Shown here: positions 1-14,125 of the stretch, one piece after another
Layout of the letters: each line of letters starts with the position of its first letter
Position numbering within the stretch: the stretch's first letter is position 1
Assembly: GCA_043228905.1 (NCBI GenBank)
Contig: JBHGNT010000010.1
Span: 3,410,001 to 3,474,000 of the forward strand
Source of the DNA: Azolla caroliniana
Lineage: Eukaryota; Plantae; Polypodiophyta
Direction: 5' to 3'
Length of the DNA: 64,000 bases
Position numbers and translations under genes: made by a program
The notes under the pieces: generated by a model
Told to the model about the DNA's origin: nothing
Database searches by the model: none
What the model saw: only the letters and a program-made list of their open reading frames with translations

Positions 1-1405
1 CTGATTAATTCTTAGGTGGATTATGGCCAGGAAAAATTTACAATCTGGCATGTAATATGAAAGTTTCTATCCCTAGGCTAGGCCACATACTCCAACTTGC
101 AGGAGCCCACGGACTCATGGTAGTGAGGATTGAGTTTCTACCCTAGGCCAGGCTTCTCTGAACTTGTTGCATTACACAATAACTTTTTTTGAGGATTACA
201 TAGAAGCAAAACATTCAAGATTGTCCATTAGAGGACCAAAGGATTGGTATTGCAAACCAACAAGTTTGAATCAGTATCTTAGGCTTATCTTTATGAGACT
301 TCGTGGAGAAATCAACTAGTAAAGAGAAACCAAATTGATTAGATCTTACTTAGCAATTACTAGTTAATTATTACTTATCTCACCGTCCTCATCGTATGGG
401 ATGTGATGCGTGGAATTGTGCATTTTCCACTTTCCATTTTTTGCCACTTCAATGTCGAAGGTAGGGCACCAAAAATGTTGCGTTCCACTCGGAAATACTC
501 AAAATTTGATACAACCTAGTGTAGTATGCTTCTTATCTAATAGGAAATGAGAGAATTTACATGTCATTGAATGTGTCACATCAATTGCTTTAGCTCAAGA
601 ATTGCAATGCTTCTTCGAGCAATTTGTTTGCATTGCAACTCACTTGATGTCGTTTTTATTTTAATTTCAATGGAGTCAAGGTGACTTTGCTTTTCACCTT
701 TCTTGAGTCCTATTTTGGATTGATTCCCATGTGTTTCCATGATTGGTTTGGGGCAAAAAAAACAAGAAACCATATTGTCTCGACATGGGGTGTTCACATG
801 GGGTGTTCTTGATTGCGAGACAAACTAATCACTTTTCTTGCTTCCACTGGTAGACATATTTTTTATAGGTAAACTTAGATTGCAATATCTAAGTGATGGT
901 GATTAGTGAGGATAAGAGAGACTATGTCAGTCACAGTAACCATCATCTAGCTCTTTCGACAAAACCATTTCCTTAAAATTGAGATCATGGGCTTAAACTT
1001 GTCTCCTTTATGGAAACATATTGATATATTTTAAACAAGAAGAAGAATTAATGTTGATTCGTAAAACAAAACAAAAGAAGGAAATGGAACTTTTAAACAA
1101 TATCAAATATACTTGGTATTCTCAAAAGAACTAGCCAACCAATACATCTTGAAAATGGTTTATATTTGCTTAAATTTGAAATCTAAATGTAAACATTAAT
1201 AAAGATACCATCACTCCTTTGGGATTCAAGTAGATAAAGTGAAGGATACCATGTAGAAAGGCAACTTTCCAAAACAATGTAACCTGCACATAAGAATGAT
1301 GCCAAAATATTTTCATGACATCATGGACAATGTTCTCTAAGTTGTTAGAATGACCCAAATACATACATACAAGATTTGTCTAACACTTTTGACTTATTGA
1401 CTTAA

Positions 1406-1790
1406 CTCAATTACCTCCATGTGGACATGAGCTCTTCTAATATACTAGAGTTGAGGCTCCAATCATTGGTGTGTTTCCATGCATTGTTTTTACTACGTGT
1501 GTTTCCATGTGTAGCTTTTCATATAACTTCTAAGATGTGTTTCCCATGTACACACACTTCCCAACCTTGTACATCAATTGTGAATGCATACAATGTTTGT
1601 CCCAACACTTCTAATTTAGGAAATTGTCTCAATTACTCCATGTGGACTTGAGCTCCTCATCCATCTAATATAATTAGTCATTGGTGGGATTCCACACATT
1701 GTCTTTGCTACATCTGTTTCTAGGTGTAGGTTCCCACATAAGTTCTACGTTGTATTTACCATGTACACATTGTACAATGATTGCCAATAC
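1406..1790. repeat. Degenerate direct duplication, ~220-bp unit x2
   Basis: CTCAATTAC(C)TCCATGTGGAC(A/T)TGAGCTC...CATTGGTG...CCATGTACACA appears at ~1406 and again at ~1628. Confidence 0.6.
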
Positions 1791-4459
1791 TCACATTCTC
1801 TGTAATGTAAACTTGGCATGACATGAAATGGCAGCTATGTAGCATATTATAGAACGAGGAATATAGAAAACATTTGTAAGGGTTATTTCCAAGATATGCC
1901 ACAATGTGGGTGATCACGCAACAACATATTCTCACATGCTTCTTCTACTAATCTACATCTTCATGCGGGCATTTCAAGACATCAATGTGCATCCACTTCA
2001 TCTCCATATTCTCCTACATAAACATGCTTCAAACATAGAATCATTGATAACATCGAGGTCATATAATCAAAACAATTATTGCTTGTCCTTATAAGGATAT
2101 GGAAGATAATTTAGAAGAAGTACTTCGAAGTTCTACACATGAAGAAGCATACTTAAGTATCCCCTTCGTTATTACAAAGGATCTATGTTTTTTGTGGTAT
2201 CGTCCCATTGCCCAAAATTGCAAGGTTCAAGTTCCAACCTTAATGGATGAACTTGTGGGCATGGTCCATGAGCATTTAATGACATGAGATTTATTTTTCC
2301 CCTCTCTTTCTTTCGGTGATATATGCTAGGTAGTAGGAAGGATATTTTGATTTTCCACAAAATCAATGTTCCCCCCCAATGTAATTACCCTGAAATGTGC
2401 CATGATTCTTCCTCCTCTTGAGCCCTCATGTTCTTCTTTTTTACTTATAACTTTTTACACCTTTGTTTTCACCCTTTTCTTTGGTCAAAGCCCCTTTGCT
2501 ATAAAATAAAATAAGACAATCCAAATGCCTAACCCCATGGATGCAATCAAAATTTAACATGCATTGATATGTTCAAATATTGACATGTTGCAACAAAATG
2601 TGTTCCATGTTGGGGGACTGATGGAGGCCTTGGTTGTATGAATGTACACTCATCCTCGCTACGTAACTACCTAGAAAAGCCTAATTGGCTGATTGGTCAT
2701 TGGAGGTGAAATAGCTCAAATTTCTTCTCATCATTATTCTTCCCATACCACTTGTTTTGTGACTAGAACATGTATGTGAATTCTGCCCAAGTAAGTTTAA
2801 AACGAAAATGTTGAATTGTTCCAAATCAATGAAAATGCAATAAGATGACTCAAAATAATGTGTGATATGAATGAGCTTGAAAACATACCACATGATGATT
2901 TCCATCACAACACGTTTTGTTGCAACTAATATTGGAATCGGTAATGAATGCTCTAAGAACACTCAAGACCAACTTGCATTTGCATCTCATTTCAACAATA
3001 GAAGTCCATAGTACATACTTTGAGTGTGACCATGTCAACAAAAATGTACGAAGCTCATCTAACCAATATCTTTCAAGGGGAGTTGTAAGTGAAGGGAGAT
3101 TGGAGATCCATGGTTAAATACAAAACACAAAGCATAAATCTCAAATAACAGTTTACATTGTTGGAAGCCACAAAAAATAACTTTGCCTGCACTAGGTGAG
3201 AGGAAACTAACCCCGTGACTTGTCAATATTGGGAAAGGGGGAAAGAGTATTCCCTATCCAGAACAACAAAGTACTCATGGGTGATCAACCATACCTATGA
3301 TGGCTTGCAAATAGTAAATGTAGTAATTTATGGACATTTTTCTTGTTGGAATGTATATACTGTAGTGGTCAGTTGTGTAGTGTCATGATTTTGAGAAACT
3401 TCGGACTTTCTTTTCAATTTCTCACTTGACAGGCATTTGCATACATGGTTGAAAAAGTTACCCAACATTACGTAAACATTTGGTAATTTTCAATGTTGCA
3501 TAAATGACAAATTTCACATTCCTTACTGTCAATGTAGTCTATTTGTTACAATTTTACTTATGGCATTGTTTATTTCGACAAAGTGACAAATCACATTGTA
3601 GGTGAGTGGGAGAAACTTGGATTTATTTTTAAAACTAAGGCTAAAGTGAGAACGATTCATGACATATTGCTACAAATACCATATGTTTACCAATAGCACC
3701 ATAAAGTTAGTCACCTATTCCATTTAATTTGAGAATGTGTGAGCTATGGATAGTCAAGATCTATAAGATTCTTGTTAAATGCATGAATCTCATTGTTTAG
3801 GATAATCAATCATTTATCATAAAGCCTCATTCAATAACCAATATATTATTTCAAGATACACCAACCTTTCAATGTTGGACATTTTTAAGTTGGAAATTGT
3901 GTCGCAAGTTTTGGGGCAATGCTAAATGTCCATCGATGGTTACTTAGCACCTTTAACAAAGCTTGGGGAACTTTAGGGTACATATTACTGAACCTCAATG
4001 AGTGATTTTGAAAACCATTTTAGGCGTCAAAGTTCATTCCATACTTCATTTGGACCTTGAAAACTACAAGGTTTCAAAGACGAAATAAAAAATGAATATA
4101 TATATGGCATTTTGGAGTGCACAAGTTGCCCTAAACGTTGGGTAAGTGTGTGTTGGTATGTGTATGAAAGTTGCAATTTTTTAGATAATTTGAAGGAGAA
4201 GTTCAATGGAATGTGGATCAATGAACAATTAAAGAGCTAACAATTGAACTTATTTGTTGTTTCCAAGAATTCGAGTTTCATAGATTGTAATATGAAGCTC
4301 ATCAAAACTTAAAAATTGTATGATGATACCCACAAATATTGGCATGTGCTTCCCAATTGTTTCTCAGAAACCTCAAGCTAGATTTCAAATTTAAAGGCTA
4401 GAAAGAGGGGTGTAACAAAATGTAGGCATGAGTTCGGTGAAGAGGACGGTAATGAACTT

Positions 4460-4463
<4 letters not shown>

Positions 4464-4527
<64 letters not shown>
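4464..4527. repeat. (TA)n(GA)n compound microsatellite
   Basis: Directly visible; abuts the 3' end of an RTE LINE fragment. Confidence 0.95.
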
Positions 4528-4535
<8 letters not shown>

Positions 4536-4825
4536 GTCTTTGGAGCCAAATAAGATCTAGGACACCAAAAAATATTTCATTTTCATTTTCACATAAATCA
4601 TGTTAATACATGTATGATGCGAAATGATTAGCGACTCTACTAATGAAGGTTGCAATCAAGAGTGCACATTGTGATCGTGAGAGAAATTAGTGAAGGATTG
4701 AGTTTTGTCAAAGATGTGTAGAAAGCATAAGCAAATGTGACCAAAGGCAGAGCATTGTATCAATGTGTGATACTCAAAATCCCAAACTTGTTTCAAGCAA
4801 AGTTTGCACAGTCAACATCACTTGT
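4528..4825 (-). mobile_element. 3'-end fragment of RTE-clade LINE (diverged copy)
   Basis: Aligns by eye to 29593-29880 (GTTGCAATCAAGAGTGCACA, CAAAGGCAGAGCATTGTATCAA..GTGTGATACTCA). Confidence 0.8.
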
Positions 4826-5202
4826 TTAGAGAGAGAGGAGAGACGTGACTCTCCCTAATGTGTTAAGCTTCCTACCTCTACATTTACTTTTGTTTAGGCA
4901 TTTGCTACATGCATTCACATTATACATGTAGAACTTTCCACATGAGTTTTAGTTAAGGTATGCTTCCTATGTATATACAACTTGTATGCTCGTATTTCTA
5001 ATGTAATAACTACTTTGGAATGATGTATGTTTTCCAAGGCATTGTAGCATGTATGAGAACATTCATGCACTTAAATATAACTTTGATCTTTGTATGTAGC
5101 ATACTAGTTACTCCAAAGTGATAGCATATAGTTTATCAGCTCTACGAGGAGCTTAAATGCATTTCAAAACATTATGTTCAACTTGGTACAAGGACATAAA
5201 CA

Positions 5203-5591
5203 TTTTATTTTATTTTATTTTATTTTTTTCCAAAAGAAACTCCTTCCATTAGTTATAAAATTTTACAAATGAGACAATTATGTACAAATCCCTGAAGGGA
5301 CGCAATAGTTCCATCTTATGTGGAGGCCCACTGACTCAAGAAAGGGAGAGGATGACCATTGTTGGATGAAGGCTATTTGTTGTCTTTCAACTCCATCGGA
5401 GCCGCCCTTGAGGCAGTGGCTACAATTTCACTCCATATCTCTTGTAGTAACCTTGTTGGATGTGCGGTTTGGTTGGAGAAGACTCGCCTACATCGTTGTT
5501 TCCATAGAATCCAAAGGGTTATTGGGCTGACCAATTCCAACACCTCTTGAGATTTGTCATTAAGAGAGGACATAAACAATTTATCAAACAT
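5203..5591 (-). mobile_element. 5'-truncated L1-like LINE 3' end with A-rich tail
   Basis: ORF 5373-5591(-) EVLELVSPITLWILWKQRCRRVF resembles the L1 ORF2 C-terminus at ~63960 (VVLELVSLITLWILW); T-rich tract (TTTTA)n at 5203-5229 is the tail. Confidence 0.75.
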
Positions 5592-8500
5592 GCATTAAAG
5601 TATTCTAACAATATAGTTTATGAATAGTAAAGTTATGAATAGTGAGTTCGTTGTTGTGGGTCTTCTAGCCGTTTAAATATCATTTAAATGGCACATTCTA
5701 TATTCCAAACATCGAAAATGATCAATATTGCAATGAAATGTTCCATTTTATGATATAAAATGTCAGTGTTGTGTTCTAATCTAATGGTTGTCCGAATTGG
5801 GATTTCCATTTTGTGACAAAACATGTCATATTGTGTATTTATTTTTTGTCCAAAGTCGTCTTTTCCAATTTGTTATGTATGATATCATTTTTGTCTCTTG
5901 ATGGTTTTTCCAAGTGGCCATCTTGATTTTCTTACATTTATTATTATTGAAGTACAAAAAACATATCTGTTATTGCAATCAATACACTTGCATTTAGTAG
6001 TAAAAGCCACTAGCATGTGGAACCCATAAGAAAGAAAACACATGAACTTATTCGGTTATAAAGGTAGGAAGATAATGAAGATCTGGAAGAAGAGTGGCTA
6101 CATCCACTTGTGTACCAAGTCAACTTAACAAGTTATGGTAGAACTACATCCAAATTGAAGTATTATTACTAACTAAATTCAGCAGCACTCAATTTCACCT
6201 CCTCCAAAGACTTTAATTACTTCAAATGCAATATTTCTCAATGGTTCAAGCTTCCTTTCAATTTTTTATATATATTCAATTATGGATTTCATCTAATAAC
6301 GTTACCACACAAAAGAATGAAACCATATAACATATCATTATGATGGCAAACAAAACTTACATGTATCTAAAAACATTTTGACAAGTTCGAAGAAATAGTT
6401 GTTAAAATCAAAATGACCTAATTAGAAGCCATGTTTGGATTATTGAAGAAAACGGTATTTTAAAGGGTTGAAAAACTTAATCAACTAGTTCTAATGGTCA
6501 ACCATGTTCACCGTATTCAAAGAATACTTGTTTGGTTCTTATAGCACCCAACATAGGCAAGTACAAATCGAAAATGATAAAGGCAACGAGTGCATCATGT
6601 TTCCGTAATATCGTGTTGATATTGGAGATGCAATAGCATAGATATGTATCGATACCTTGTTGAATCCTGAACTAGTTCAATACCTCAACCAACCCAAATA
6701 AACACAAAAGGGTCACGACAAAACCTTTCTTCCAGACTCACATTATAGTGGATTAGATTGTAATTACTAAGAAACAACAACATCCATAATTGTAGAGGAT
6801 GATGAAGGAAGAATACTTTGAAACAAATCAAATGTATTCAACAAAGAAAATGAAGCAAATGTATTAAATTAAGAATGTAAACATAAATGACATCCAATAT
6901 ACTTAAACTGACCATAGGGAATTTAATCTCATCAATCCTTAGACTTGATGATGGAATATGACACTCTCATTGTCACAAACTTGTGGAACCTACTATAGCG
7001 GTATTGTTTTATTGTGAATGAGATTAGCAACATAGCCTACTACCTTTGATTATGTAGTTCGATTCATTTATTGGGAAATGGACAACCTAAGATATTTCTA
7101 AACTTTGTTATTTTCAAAGACAATGATGTGATTATGATGTCAAACTATTGTGATAACGTCGTATCTAGGTTTTTCATTGACTTTAAGTATTTATTTATTT
7201 ATCTCACGAAAAGTGTTATTATAAGTTCATTTCGAAGGATAGACTAGATTTTTGTGCCACAACAAGAGGTGAGTATAGTGTAATGTGCATGAATATGTAG
7301 TAATGAATTAATAAAAGCACGCTAAGATGACAATTTGACATGTAACTGCATATCCATTATTGTATTTGTGATGAATATCATGTACATTACATTTGTGTGG
7401 AATCATAGTCATGCATGCAATATAACATCTCTTTACTGAAGTAATTGTACAAGTACTTGATCATCATGTTTTCAATCAATCTATATATTAGTAAGTGATC
7501 GTTTGAAGTTCTAATATGTCTACACGTTAGTAATGGAGCCCATATGTGTCTTTAAAGGATTCAATTTGTGCAATATCTCATGATTATTGTGGCCAATGCC
7601 TTTTAGTACAAAAGGGACATTTTAGTATTAAAATTATTCAATTAATTTTATTGGTCATGTTCCAAAAGACTAAGTGGAATCCGGTCTTATGCATGTCAGA
7701 AATACTCCCCTTTATTCATCTATCATCTTTTCACGGGAGCATTTTGTTGTGTTTCAATTGTGTCATGCATACATGCATTGTACAATAATGATGTCTTAAG
7801 CAAATGCAAGCTTGCAGAACATTTTGTAACATTCACTTCACAAAATTATGCCACGGTCGTGGTCAAACATAGATTCAACACATCTCTATCTTAATTTAGA
7901 AGAAAGGTTTTTGGAACAGCTTTGGTCATGTTTTTAGAAGTCATTTTCTTTTTACCTCATTTTAATCACATTACCATGAAACTGAAGAGCGAGCCACTTA
8001 TTTTTACATTTGATGTACTACGCAAGTACATTAGGGTAATGCACAACATATGGGACAATTGTGCTTCCATCGACATTTTCATGCCACGACACAACTATAG
8101 GAGTAATCCAATAATGGCCTCATCAATCACTACATGTGAATGTACCTGCACTTCTAACCTTTACGAGTTACATATGAATATATTAGATAAGAAGAAAATA
8201 TAATCATTCGTTACTTCTAGATCAATTACTATCTAAGAATGTAATATTATAATTTATAATGTATATAATTTGGAACATACAAGATTTACTCTCTCTTAAT
8301 GATTTCCCACATGTATCCTCTAGAGCACTAGCACAAGCAGATGGATGGAGATGGATGGGTGGACTTTTTACAATGGATGAATTTAGGAGATGTCTCATGA
8401 TTGTTGTCTTCTATGTAAACATAAAATTTTAATCCACTAAAAGTTTAGCATGAAAGGTTGAATAATTTGATACTTAGGTTTTTCAACTCAAATTCCATCA

Positions 8501-9331
8501 AGCAGGAGGGTCAAAAATTACAAAATGTCATTTTAATTCCATGGTGATCACCTTATGACAACAGAGTTCAAAATCATTATTATATGATCCATTGCAAACT
8601 TACAAATTTGTAATGCTATAACTTTACAGATTTACTTTCAATCGAACTGTATTAACATGATCATCATACAAACAGATTGTATTTGCAAGTTAATCATACA
8701 ATCAAGCAAGATTGATACATTAATCATACAAATGAACTGTGGGAACATGCTAATCATTTAACCTCAGCCATAACTAGAAGTAACTGCAATCAAATTACAT
8801 AATCAAAATGACATATTCAATATGGTCAATAGAAAATGTGTAACTGGGAGTAATTTTATCCATTTTAGTCCTTCACATGTTAGACTATCCAAAGTGACAA
8901 CTAAATTAGCTAGATATAATGAGGATGTTGAATTTTTTTGAATTGATCAACATACAATGACAAACTTCAGAAAACGCACAAACACTTCCAATTTATCATT
9001 CTTGGAACATTGGGTTTTTACATAATGTATCGCCTCTCGAGAGACTGAGACCGAGACAGCGTGAGGCAAATGCGCCTGGAAAAAGCCTCGATATAATTAA
9101 GTATAATGAGTCGATCGAAGCGCGAAAAAAGGTTTGAAAAACATAGACAAGCATCCGAACGAACGAGCACAGCTTTCCTTTTTTTTTCGGGGGGGTTGTT
9201 TACTTGTGTTGATGGGGATCAGAATCGCAAATCGGAATCCAATGTACTTTTTTACGTGGATTGATGGGAATCGGAATCCATTTTATGAGATCCGATGGAA
9301 TCGGGATCGGGATCGCGAGGAATCGGAGAGA

Positions 9332-12300
9332 TTATCGGCCGTCATCTAGCAACCTCTCTGCAAAGAGGGCTTGCTGCCTTCGAGTATAGTCCTCCCCCGA
9401 CGAGAGACCCGCCTCCAGCACCGACTCCGCACAAGCATCCATCTTCTGGAGGAGCCGGACCACCTCTGTGGTGTCGGGCCTCTCCAAGGGGTCTTCGTGC
9501 GTGCAGGCGAAGGCAACGGCCGCCATATGTGTGGCTGCTACACTCAAGAATTTGCCTTTCAAGGATGGGTCCATGAGCTCATCCACGCAGCCCGCACCAA
9601 TGAGGGACCTTGCCCAACTCACCATGTTGTGGTTCGGAGGTCCATGAGATGCGGAGCGGGTCCTAGGCCTGTGGTTTTCATGGTGGCCCAACGAGCAGAG
9701 AGGCGTCTCTCCGGTCAATAGTTGTAATAGCAAGACCCCGAGAGCGTAGACATCGCTCTTCTCCGTCAAGCGGCCACCCGTTGTCACATACTCGGGCGAC
9801 AAGTAGCCCCGTGCAGCCGAAGCCTTGAGGACCGAGAAGACTATGTCATCGGCAAGAAGGCGGTGGAGCCCCGCATCCGAGAGGCATGCGTTGCAATTCT
9901 CATCAAGCAGGACATTCGCTGCCGAGATGTTCTGGTGCAGGACCACATTCTCAGTTCCTTTGTGCATGAAGTGGAGTCCTGAAGCAGAAGAAAAAGGAAA
10001 AGGAGATTGTAAACATGAGAGAAATCAAGATTTTATGTATTCAGCAATGTGGTATAAATAAACATGAGAAATCAAGACTTATGTATGCAGAAATGTGGTA
10101 TAAATCTCAAAGAGTATAAGAATGGGTCTTGGTACCTCGCGCGATGGCAGTGGCAATGCGGGATCTTGCTGTCCAATCCAGCAATGATGGCATCCTCGCT
10201 GCTGTGTCGGTGTAGGCACCTAGCTTCAATGTTGACATTGCTGGTTTGATCTTCTCCAGGTGCTCCTGCAGAGTCCCATTGGTCATGAAGTCATACACAA
10301 GGAAGAAGTCGGCTTTGCCCGAGGAGCAACAGAATCCCTTGAGCGAAACAATGCTCTCGTGACGGAGTTGAGCTATGATGGCAACCATGGATTTGAACTC
10401 AGTCACACCGGCCACCTTACAGCTCGCCTTGTTTAGGGCCCGAATGGCAACTGACGAACCATCTTTTAGTATGCCTTTGTAGACAGCCGAGTGTGCCCCT
10501 TTCTTCCCGAGGAGATTCTTGTCGGAGAAGAAATTGGTGGCCATCTCGAGCTCCTCGAGATCATACTGGAAGCTCTGATGAGATCCATTGAAGAAGACAA
10601 CACCACTAAACGAACCAAAGGAGCGAGTGATACGGTGGCTTGATGCAGAAGATGAGTTAGAAGTGGAAGCGGCGGCGGCGGCGGCAGCATTGAAGTTACC
10701 ATCAAGCTTTGATGAAGAGTTCATGAACCCCATTGAATTAGAGCGATTACTGCTTACAATTGAAGATCCATGGTTAGTCATGCCCCCAGCCCCAGCACCC
10801 TTGATATCGTGATAATGGTAATTTGTGGAGACATGAGAGTTTGGGGGGGCGTGGGGATATTTAACAGAAGGATCGACAGGTCCGTGCTCAAATGCACTGC
10901 TTATCTTTTGCTTATGTCTACGGAAGAGGACAAACGCGAGGAGGCTGATGACAACTGCCCCACCTGCAAATGCTGAAACACCCGAGATGACCGCAATTCG
11001 GGTTGTTCGATGACTCAGGACGGATCTCTTGGTTGGAGAATTAGGGTCTATATGACTCTCCTTGTTGATATCTGCAGATTCGGCAGCTGAAGTGGCACCA
11101 TTCGATGAATCAGGCGACAGCATTGTGGTCTTTGAACTGGGCAATGGCACATCAGGCTGATTATTAACCGTACTACTGCAGACTGACATGTCCATGAACC
11201 CATCACCACAAAGCATCGAGTTGTTGCTGTATCGGAATCCTTGTTTCAATCGCCGCAATCCTGAGAATTACATGAGATTCAAGTGTTAAGTCTTTCTTGA
11301 TCTATGCTTTGCTCATGAAACAGAGTTTTTCTTAGTTCATAGATCAACTTTGCAAAGCTTGATTACCGTCACGATTTTCGGGTATTGCAAGCATACCACT
11401 AAGTTTTCAACGAATGACACCATGATACCTCTCTTGTGACAATGTTTTACTATTTAGTAAGAGCATTTTCAGTAAATTGCTTTGACAATGTCGAAGAAAT
11501 CAGAAAGGCTGGGGGAGTTTCAGCTATAACTAGTTTTCAACAATGGCCGAACTGATATCCCTCTCCGAAAACCGTTCAATATTTCTCCGAATGAAAACCC
11601 TTCAGTCAGTCCAATGCCGATGAGAAGTAACCTAGAAACATGAAATACAGAGAAACCCCTCTCACGTTTTCTTTTTTCCATGATATTTGGGACTGAAAAC
11701 ACTGAAGAACCGCTACATGCTCATTCCAATCACACCATTGTTTTCTCAATTGTGTGGCAACCTACATCCCCTTACTTGACCTTTCGTTATGCCCTTGCTA
11801 AAAAAATTCATCATCATCATACCCTTGTTGTTTTCACAATTATATAGTCATTTCACCCGCGGTTTGACCAAGGGCAGTTACGCGAAATAATGATAACTCA
11901 GGAGCATTTTCAAGAAATACAAAGAAACTACACCCTAATACAGAGAACTCCAGGGCATTCTTGGGGAATTAAAGACAAAGAAAAGATGCCCATGTCCTAA
12001 TATGGAGAACTTGGGAACATTCGAGGAAGAGGAGACTCGCAAATTATAATGAGGAGAATTCAGGAGCATTTTCTTGGGAGGGTTATTTTGTTTCTGTCCT
12101 AGTAAGAAGGAAGGATTTACCTTGTGGAACAGGGCCAGAGAGAGAATTGGTGGTTACATCAAGCATAGTAAGTTGTTTGAGGTCTCCAACCTCCTCTGGG
12201 ATGCTTCCATTAAGATTGTTGTAGCTCAGATCGAGCGTCGAGATTGACTCCAGGTAGCCCAAACTCGAAGGAATCTCCCCGCTCAATTCATTATGTTGCA

Positions 12301-13044
12301 AAGCAAGCACAGTCAATTGCTTCAATGCCCCTAGCTCCATGGGAATTGAACCTTCTAATTTGTTGCAACATAGCTGAAGAGCTGAACAAAACAAATATAT
12401 ATATATATTACATCGTCTCTCATTTCAATTTTTTGAACCACATTTCAGCATTTCATCACGACAAATGGCAGCAGAGATGATAAAAGCATATGACAGAGAG
12501 ATGAATTAGGGGTGTATATACCTTGCAAGCTGTAGAGGAGGCCCAATTCTGAAGGAATAGTGGAAGAGAGTGAGTTCACATTGAGGTAGAGCTCAGTTAG
12601 GCCAGACAACTTGTATAGGACCGCGGGCACCGGACCTGAGAGGTGGTTGTAATGTAGATATAAGCCCGACAAAGACGTGAGCTCGGCTATGGAGCTAGGG
12701 ATGAAACCATACAAGCCCTTTCCTTGTAGTGATATGTTTGCAACTCTTCCATACTCGTTCCACGATACCCCCTCGAAGGAGCCGCCGGGAACAAACCATG
12801 AGTGTAGGATTCGGCCGTCCGGATCGAGCCCCGCCTTCACGCGCATCAGTATCTCAGCCTCATCACCATCATTTGTGGTAGTTGCCGTGGTGGATGCCGA
12901 TGTTAGTATGCTGTTATGGGTTGCAATGTCATTAGGAGCTTGAATTGGATGTGAATGAGTGATGCTTCTGATTGACGGATCGAAGAAGAGCATGAGAAGG
13001 AGAAGAAGGAGAAGGCCGGCGTGTTGGATGCGAAGAGAAGGCAT
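9332..13044 (-). CDS. Leucine-rich repeat receptor-like kinase, LRR-IV subfamily (At5g51560/At2g45340/At4g22730-like); exons 13044-12522, 12381-12121, 11260-10136, 9978-9332; 851 aa
   Basis: Signal peptide; SFEGVxxNExGRVANISLQGKGL N-cap; LRRs (LYLHYNHLSG, LYLNVNSLS, LQLCCNKLEG, LALQHNELSG, LDLSYNNLNG); TM IAVISGVSAFAGGAVVISLLAFVLF-RRHKQKI; kinase with HQNISAANVLLD and SAARGYLSPEY. Three GT-AG phase-1 introns give a continuous frame of 2556 nt. Confidence 0.93.
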
Positions 13045-13489
13045 GAGGATGTGATATGATTCAGTGGAAGGGGAAGGGGGGGAGGGGGCGGGGCAATGGA
13101 TAGATTTAGATGCAAAATCTAAGTAGAAGTAGTAGTGATGGTACTGATTAATCCATTATAGGATGATTCCATGAAGGAAAAGCTTTAGGCATACATTTGG
13201 ATGGATGTATGGATTGATTGAGTAGCAGCTCTCTACAGATGAGCCATGGCCATATAGAGTGATTGATTGATTGATTGATTGTAGATCTAAAAGAACTCCC
13301 TCCTGCTTTCTTCCCTCATTTGCTCTGTTCCTCTTTCTTTTTTCATCTCCTCTTGTTTTCTCTCAAAAATGCCCTGTATTTTTTTTGTTTTGTTTTCCCC
13401 CAATTCCTCTGTTTTGGTTTCCTGTGTGATTTTTTTTGTTTGTTTTTTTTTTGTTTTTACATAATTACTGTTGAGTTATCTGGCTGTAA

Positions 13490-13524
<35 letters not shown>

Positions 13525-13724
13525 CACATATGAGTACTCACACCTGACAAAGCTCGAGATTTTCCCTTCTTTATCAAAAAAAAAGCGACCTACTCTTCAA
13601 CTCCTTCCTTTGCTCTCTTCTTTTTCATGGGAAACACCTGCACGATACACACACACACACGCACTCTCTCTCTCAGAAACACAGAGAGCTTCTCGTGACA
13701 CACAGACACACTCTCTCTCTTCCA

Positions 13725-13757
<33 letters not shown>

Positions 13758-13845
13758 GCTCTGATCTTCTTGTATCTGACCCTCCTCTCTCTTCTCTTCT
13801 CTTCTCTTTATGTCCGAGCCTCCTTTTCCCGCTCAAATTTTCGCC

Positions 13846-13887
<42 letters not shown>

Positions 13888-14125
13888 TTGTGTAAATCTG
13901 TCTCTCTGTGTCTTGTCTTTCCCCTCCATGTCCCATCTCTCTTCTTCTTTATCTCCTTCTAATTTCCCATCATTCTATTCCAAATCTTCAGACTTCCACT
14001 CACCCCCCCCTCCCCCCTTTCTCTTTTCTTCCCCTGTTTTTCCTCTGTTTTTTTTCCTTCCCCTGTTTTTCCTCTGTTTTTTTTACCTTCCCCTGTTTTT
14101 CCTCTGTTTTTTTTTTTCTTCTTCC
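13490..14125 (-). promoter_or_regulatory. GA/CT-rich upstream (5'UTR/promoter) region of the LRR-RLK
   Basis: Multiple (CT)n/(CA)n runs directly upstream of the ATG; GAGA tracts are a common plant promoter/5'UTR feature. Function is inferred. Confidence 0.5.

Noticed and set aside
3700-4400. Possible decayed hAT-like transposase remnant
   Set aside because: Only vague fragments (FLDNLKEKF..); no motif or termini I can support
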